From positions 1-64,000 of the forward strand of contig NIVC01000982.1 in NCBI GenBank assembly GCA_002269645.1: DNA of 64,000 bases, read 5' to 3'. The notes beneath the pieces were generated by a model. The model was not told the origin of the DNA. It did no database searches and saw nothing but the letters and a program-made list of their open reading frames with translations. The DNA is from Macrostomum lignano (taxonomy: Eukaryota). Below, one piece after another: positions 58,087-64,000 of the stretch (position 1 is the stretch's first letter; each line of letters starts with the position of its first letter). A program made the translations under genes and the position numbers.

Positions 58087-59068
58087 CCTAGAGACAGGCG
58101 GACAGAATCCTAGAGACAGGCGGACAGAATCCTAGAGACAGGCGGACAGAATCCTAGAGACAGGCGGACAGAATCCTAGAGACAGGCGGACAGAATCCTA
58201 GAGACAGGCGGACAGAATCCTAGAGACAGGCGGACAGAATCCTAGAGACAGGCGGACAGAATCCTAGAGACAGGCGGACAGAATCCTAGAGACAGGCGGA
58301 CAGAATCCTAGAGACAGGCGGACAGAATCCTAGAGACAGGCGGACAGAATCCTAGAGACAGGCGGACAGAATCCTAGAGACAGGCGGACAGAATCCTAGA
58401 GACAGGCGGACAGAATCCTAGAGACAGGCGGACAGAATCCTAGAGACAGGCGGACAGAATCCTAGAGACAGGCGGACAGAATCCTAGAGACAGGCGGACA
58501 GAATCCTAGAGACAGGCGGAGTGGCGGACAGAATCCTAGAGACAGGCGGACAGAATCCTAGAGACAGGCGGACAGAATCCTAGAGACAGGCGGAGTGGCG
58601 GACAGAATCCTAGAGACAGGCGGACAGAATCCTAGAGACAAGCGGACAGAATCCTAGAGACAGGCGGACAGAATCCTAGAGACAAGCGGACAGAATCCTA
58701 GAGATAGGCGGACAGAATCCTAGACAGACCTAGAGACAGGCGGACAGAATCCTAGACAGACCTAGAGACAGGTGGACAAAATCCTAGAGACAGGTGGACA
58801 GAATCCTAGACAGACCTAGAGACAGGTGGACAGAATCCTAGAGACAGGCGGACAGAATCCTAGACAGACCTAGAGACAGGCGGACAGAATCCTAGAGTGA
58901 CCTAGAGACAGGCGGACAGAATCCTAGAGTGACCTAGAGACAGGTGGACAGAATCCTAGAGACGGACGGACAGAATCCTAGAGACCTAGAGACAGGCGGA
59001 CAGAATCCTAGAGTGACCTAGAGACAGGCGGACAGAATCCTAGACAGACCTAGAGACAGGCGGACAGA
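58087..59068. repeat. Minisatellite, 22-bp unit CCTAGAGACAGGCGGACAGAAT
   Basis: About 40 units upstream of DEGS. Confidence 0.95.
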
Positions 59069-59734
59069 AACGGATCATTATCAAGTTTCAAACGCTACAT
59101 TTTCTAGGCTAAAAAACTTAATAAATTAACAAAATGTCAAAAAAGTTTAAAGGGCTTCCAATAAGGGAAAAAAGTATAATTACTTAATAAAACGAATATC
59201 TAGAGACGCAAAATTGCAATGCATACAGATAACCAAGGTAAAGGCTAACGCATGTACATTATAGATTGCCATTTTACATTAATTTTACATGCTCGGTGCC
59301 GAGAGGGCCCAGCCCAACGCAGCGATTGTGCTCACGCGAATGGGGATGGTGAGGATACCCTTTCCCACAAAAAACTCCCCCAATTGCCAACAAGCCGCTA
59401 TCCCCTTAGAAATCAAAACGTACAAAGCAGCGCAAAGAAGGAAAAAAACTGGAGACAAAAAGGCAAAAGCTTAACAGAAAAGAAAAAACCTGGGAGCTGG
59501 GATGCAAAATAAAAAGCAAACAACTTTAGTGCGAAGGGAGAGCAGGCTAAGGCTGCACTCAATACGTTAAACTAGCAGCGCTTAATGGGTAAAAATGCAA
59601 ACTGAGGAATCGGGGTAATGGACGACTGAGATAAGGCGGCAAATTTTGAATCAATTACTGGGGAGTTTGCCGTCTCAAGCCGTCGCGCGACCAAATTTAC
59701 TTGTCGCTAGCTAATTCAGGGACTTCTGGCTGGT

Positions 59735-59900
59735 TGAACTGGACTGGAGAGACACCCTCAGCTAGAAATATATACCTGGACTGGAACTGGAAAGACACCA
59801 TCAGCTAGAAATAGATACCTGGACTGGACACCCTCAGCTAGAAATAGATACCTGGACTGGAAAGACACTATTAACTAGAAATAGATATTTGGACTGGAAA
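59735..59900. repeat. Short degenerate tandem repeat (CTGGACTGG...GACAC...CAGCTAGAAATAGATAC)
   Basis: About 4 diverged units. Confidence 0.65.
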
Positions 59901-60379
59901 ATGACATCCCACCCAAACTAGAAATAGATGCCTGAACTGAATTCCAGACAGTCCAGTTCCAGAAGTCCCTGGCCTGCTACAAACAAATATTTACAATACA
60001 CGCAACCGATCACTGTTGCAAAAGAAAAAAATGAAACATAAAAGAGAAATACCAGGGAAGATAGATGAAGAATGAAACTGCAATTTGGTCCCATTCGATG
60101 CAAAGTTGTAAGTGCTCGATGTTTAGCATGCGAACAAGGCTAGCATATTCCCAACTTTGAGCAGATAATATTGCGAAAATTAATAAAACAATTCAACCTC
60201 GAAAGCCACCGACAGAGAGTAAATAAAAAAGTAAATTTTATTACAATCTTATAAGGCCGGACAGAATTTGAGAAAGAAATGACGAACTTGCTCTAATAAT
60301 AGACCATTCTGGCATTGCTACCTGCGTTTTGTCTGTACTTAAATTGCCTTTAATTGAGTAGATAGTGATAAACCTATTA

Positions 60380-60852
60380 AGGGTGAATGTACACTGGGGT
60401 GAGGGGTGAGTGTACACCGGGGTGGGTGAGGGTGAATATACACTGGGGTGGATAGGGGTTGAATGTACACTGGGGTGGGTGAGGGGTTGAATGTACACTG
60501 GGGTGGGTGAGGGGTTGAATGTACACCGGGGTGGGTGAGGGGTGAATGTACACTGGGGTGGGTGAGGGGTTGAATGTACACTGGGTGGTTAAGGGGTTGA
60601 ATGTACCTCGTACACTGGGGTGGGTGAGGGGTTGAATCTACACTGGGGTGGGTAAGGGGTTGAATGTACACTGGGGTGGGTGAGGGGTTGAATGTACACT
60701 GGAGTGGGTGAGGGGTTGAATGTACACTGGGGTGGGTGAGGGATTGAATGTACACTGGGGTGGGTGAGGGATTGAATGTACACTGGGGTGGGTGAGGGGT
60801 TGAATGTACACTGGGGTGGGTGAGGGGTGAATGTACACTGGGGTGGGTGAGG
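60380..60852. repeat. Minisatellite, 28-bp unit TGAATGTACACTGGGGTGGGTGAGGGGT
   Basis: G-tract-rich tandem units. Confidence 0.93.
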
Positions 60853-61455
60853 CAGTCTGTACGAGAATGAGATCGCACATCATGGCCTGGACGATACCAT
60901 TTAACAAGTGTCTGGCAATAATTAGCACAAATTAAAACGGTTAAGAAGCAAACAGCACGCAAACTAAGCGCATAAATTAGGTGCTGCAACTTAAATTCTT
61001 AATGGGCATAAATACAGTCGCTAAGAGGTCAAAACTATTAAAAAAATGATTGCATAAAGTTAAAAAGCTTTATAAAAATAAAATTTGGAAAATTACAATG
61101 ATTATTCTATAACTGATTGCACAGAGCCTGCAACTGTGCAGGTGAGCTTACATAACTCAGATGAGCCTAAAACAGCGAGGTTCTTACTTACCTCTCTTAC
61201 TGACTGATTAAACCAACCAAATAAGTAGCTGAAAAAACAGCATTGCTAATTAATCTGGCGGGGTAGCGGCACTCAGGCAATGCAAGAGTTATCTATTATA
61301 AATATGATAATAAAATCCTTCCGACAAACACCGGATCAAATGAAACGGGATGCGAAATAGAAAGAGGCTGCACTTTAAATAATAAAAGTAGAGCGATTCG
61401 GTTCCTGGGAGACCAGGTTAAACGGACTGAAACCGCTTGTTCTTAACGGCAGCGT

Positions 61456-61644
61456 GGCCCGCTGTACCCTCTATCGGTGTGGTCCTCCGGGTGGGGCGGC
61501 CCGCTGTTCCCTCTATCGGTGTGGTCCTCCGGGTGGGGCGGCCCGCTGTTCCCTCTATCGGTGTGGTCCTCCGGGTGGGGCGGCCCGCTGTACCCTCTAT
61601 CGGTGTGGTCCTCCGGGTGGGGCGGCCCGCTGTTCACTCTATCG
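61456..61644. repeat. GC-rich 42-bp tandem repeat (4.5 copies)
   Basis: GGCCCGCTGT(A/T)CCCTCTATCGGTGTGGTCCTCCGGGTGGGGC; starts about 80 bp downstream of the CaaX-gene stop on the minus strand. Confidence 0.9.
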
Positions 61645-61725
61645 CTAGTTGCTTAACTGAATCCCCTAATAGAAAATGCTGTCTACGCAACAGGAAGTTC
61701 CTGTCAGATCAAATGAATCGCAAAT

Positions 61726-63479
61726 TCACATAACCGTACAGCAGGCCTTCTTAGCACCGCTGGAGTCCTCTCTAGTACTGCTGCTTTTACTCTGCTTTTT
61801 AGCTGCCAGCTTTCTGCTCTGCTGAGTCTTCTTGGCGTCGGCTACGCTGACCGCCTCGGCGATGTACGGCGCGGCGGCGTTCAGCGTGGCCGAGCAGACC
61901 TGAACTTCAACCATGTCAGCCGGAGCCGCAACCGGCGAGGCCAGACTGCTGCTGTCCAGCTGAGAACCTGGCCGCCGGCTACTGTCAGTAGGCAGCAGAG
62001 GGCTGTGACCGTTGGCTTTGCTAGCTGGCGAGGGCGCCGGTGCCGCCTCTTGGACTTCGCCAGCGTCCTCGTCCGCCTCGTCGTCGACAATGATGGCGGT
62101 GGTCACCTGGACAAGTGCATGCAGGCACGAGTGGAAGTTGATGAGAAATTAAGCACACTAAAAGTACATTAAAAAGTAACTGTTTGATAAACAACTAAAA
62201 ATTTGCAGTGGCCAGCGTTGTGGACTGAAACACGTTTTCAGGTTTTTTAGTCAAATCGATCGGGGTCAAAGTTGGGGACAAGGGATCGGGATCTAAAGAG
62301 GAAATTCACGGGATCGGGATCTAAGGAGGGAATTCACGGGATCAGGATCTAAGGGGGGAATTCAGGGGATCGTGATCTAAGGAGGGAATTCAGGGGATCA
62401 GGATCTAAGGGGGGAATTCAGGGGATCGGGATTTAGGGAGGGGATTCAGGGGATCGGGATCTAAGGAGGGAATTCAGGGGATCGGGATTTAGGGAGGGGA
62501 TCAGGATCTTGGGAGGGGAATCTAGGGAGCTGGATCTAAGGAGGGGATTCAGGGGATCGGGATCTAAGGGGGGAATTCAGGGGATCGGTATTTAGGGAGG
62601 GGATTCAGGGGATCGGGATCTAAGGAGGGAATTCAGGGGATCGGGATTTAGGGAGGGGATCAGGATCTTGGGAGGGGAATCTAGGGAGCTGGATCTAAGG
62701 AGGGGATTCACGGGATCGGGATCTAAGGAGGGGAGGGGATTCAGGGATCAGGATCTTGGGAGGGGAATCTAGGGATCTGGATCTAAGGAGGAGAGTCAGG
62801 GGATCGGGATCTAAGGAGGGAATTTAAGTGATTGGGATCTAAGGCGTGGATTCACGGGATCGGGATCTAAGGAGGGAATTCAGGGGATCGGGATCTAGAG
62901 AGGCGAATCAGGGGATCGGGATTCAGGGAAGGAATTCAGGGGATCGGGATTTAGGGAAGGAATTCGAGGGATTGGGATCTAAGGAGGGAGGGGATCGGGA
63001 TTTAAGGAGAGGATCCTGTAAGCCTAATAAATATGCAGGTTTCAACTAAAAAACTTGGGACACAATTTGGGAAATTGCAGCCAAGTTTCCGCCAAAAGAA
63101 AGCTAGCTTGCCTGAAATTCTTTTCAGGAGTGATCAGAAATGCAGTCATTACCTGGGTATCTGGCGAGACAATGCACACTGTGTCCTCATTGATTCGCAC
63201 GTGACCCTTGGAGTTGCGCCTCGGCTGCTGCTCGACCTGATCCCCGGTGGGGGTGAGCGCAGCCGACACACTATTATTGATGTCGGCGCCTCCGTCGACG
63301 CTCGAGTCGGCCAGAGTGGAGTCTGGCTTGTCGTTGGTCCCGCCAGCCAGTTGGATAGAATTGCGGGACACGTGCGAGCCGCGCAGAATGGAATCGGCCT
63401 CGCGGTCCAGCTGGCTTCCAGGCCGGAACGGATTGTCCCTATCGGATTCTTCCTCTTCCACTCTGGTTAGCTTGGTCAT
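61726..63479 (-). CDS. Uncharacterised acidic, disordered protein with DNPF motif and C-terminal CaaX (KKACCTVM), 235 aa
   Basis: complement join(63153-63479, 61726-62106), donor GTAATG, acceptor TTGTCCAG, phase 0. GC-rich coding-like composition; in-frame TAG upstream of the ATG; upstream acceptor at 63501-63503. Confidence 0.78.
62282..63012. repeat. Intronic G-rich minisatellite (GGGGATCGGGATCTAAGGAGGGAATTCA-type, ~28-29 bp)
   Basis: Variant tandem units filling the intron of the CaaX gene; shares the CGGGATCT core with the 31-332 array. Confidence 0.88.
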
Positions 63480-63604
63480 TGCTGCTGGTTGCTATGGCAA
63501 CTGCAGAAGTGTAGATAAGCTAAACAACCTTATACTGATGCACTGGCCAGCATAGATGGCCATTAAAATAAATACGGTCAGCATCTCTCGCCCAGCATAA
63601 GAGT

Positions 63605-63896
63605 AGGGATTGAAGCCTAGAGGTTAGAGTGTCGGAATCACGACTTGAAGGTCGGCGGTTCGAGTCCTGATCCCAATGGAACAAATTGTAGCCTTGAGCA
63701 AGACACTTAAGTCTGTATTGCTTCCAGTTCACCCTGCTGTAAAATGGGTGCCAGCATTAGCTGGGGTAATTGAGGGTGTTTGGGCGACCCCCCCCCCAGT
63801 CCTTGGACCGAACAGCCGTACGCAGCCTTCAGAAGATGCACTGCGCAATAACTGCGGCTGAGCTGTCGACTAGGCAGGTGTAATCAATTATTATTA
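63605..63896 (+). mobile_element. tRNA-derived SINE, copy 2
   Basis: A-box-like GCCTAGAGGTTAGAG, B-box GGTTCGAGTCC, core CCTTGAGCAAGACACTTAA...CTGTAAAATGGGT, 3' GGTGTAATCAATTATTATT shared with 52433-52712. Confidence 0.87.
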
Positions 63897-64000
63897 AGTA
63901 GCCTACTGGGCCTTTCCTAAGCTTCCTAAGTGCTTACAAGTCTTGCTTACTGGCATCAACTTTGCTAAAGAAATTTTACAAAATCTTCGAAGAAATAAGA

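Noticed and set aside
63605-63680. tRNA-like sequence (also ~52640-52712)
   Set aside because: A and B boxes are present, but the sequence continues into a shared SINE core and tail and does not give a clean cloverleaf.

Overview
Eukaryotic (metazoan) genomic DNA with GC-rich, low-complexity exons and AT-rich introns packed with minisatellites. This style suggests a free-living flatworm such as Macrostomum lignano (inference, not proven). Five spliced or partly resolved protein-coding genes can be assembled by hand. On the + strand: a 12-exon GIT-family ArfGAP (20549-40524), a 3-exon ethanolamine kinase (43022-47030) and an RNF4-like RING protein (to 49717, start uncertain). On the - strand, converging on them: a 3-exon sphingolipid delta-4 desaturase DEGS (57593-53014) and a 2-exon uncharacterised acidic protein with an NPF motif and a C-terminal CaaX box (63479-61726). 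The first 20 kb has no recognisable host gene and is dominated by mobile DNA. It holds a 3.0-kb Foldback/MULE-like element (2910-5938, 9-bp TSD, TIRs made of 15-bp tandem repeats). It also holds a 9.07-kb almost perfect palindromic element (8061-17131: 4.2-kb arms, 640-bp spacer, exact 6-bp TSD, no recognisable coding capacity), which is the most striking object in the window. A dead RT fragment and a 5'-truncated LINE with a 15-bp TSD follow. Two copies of one tRNA-derived SINE and about 30 distinct tandem arrays are present. Coordinates were read by hand; array ends are approximate.
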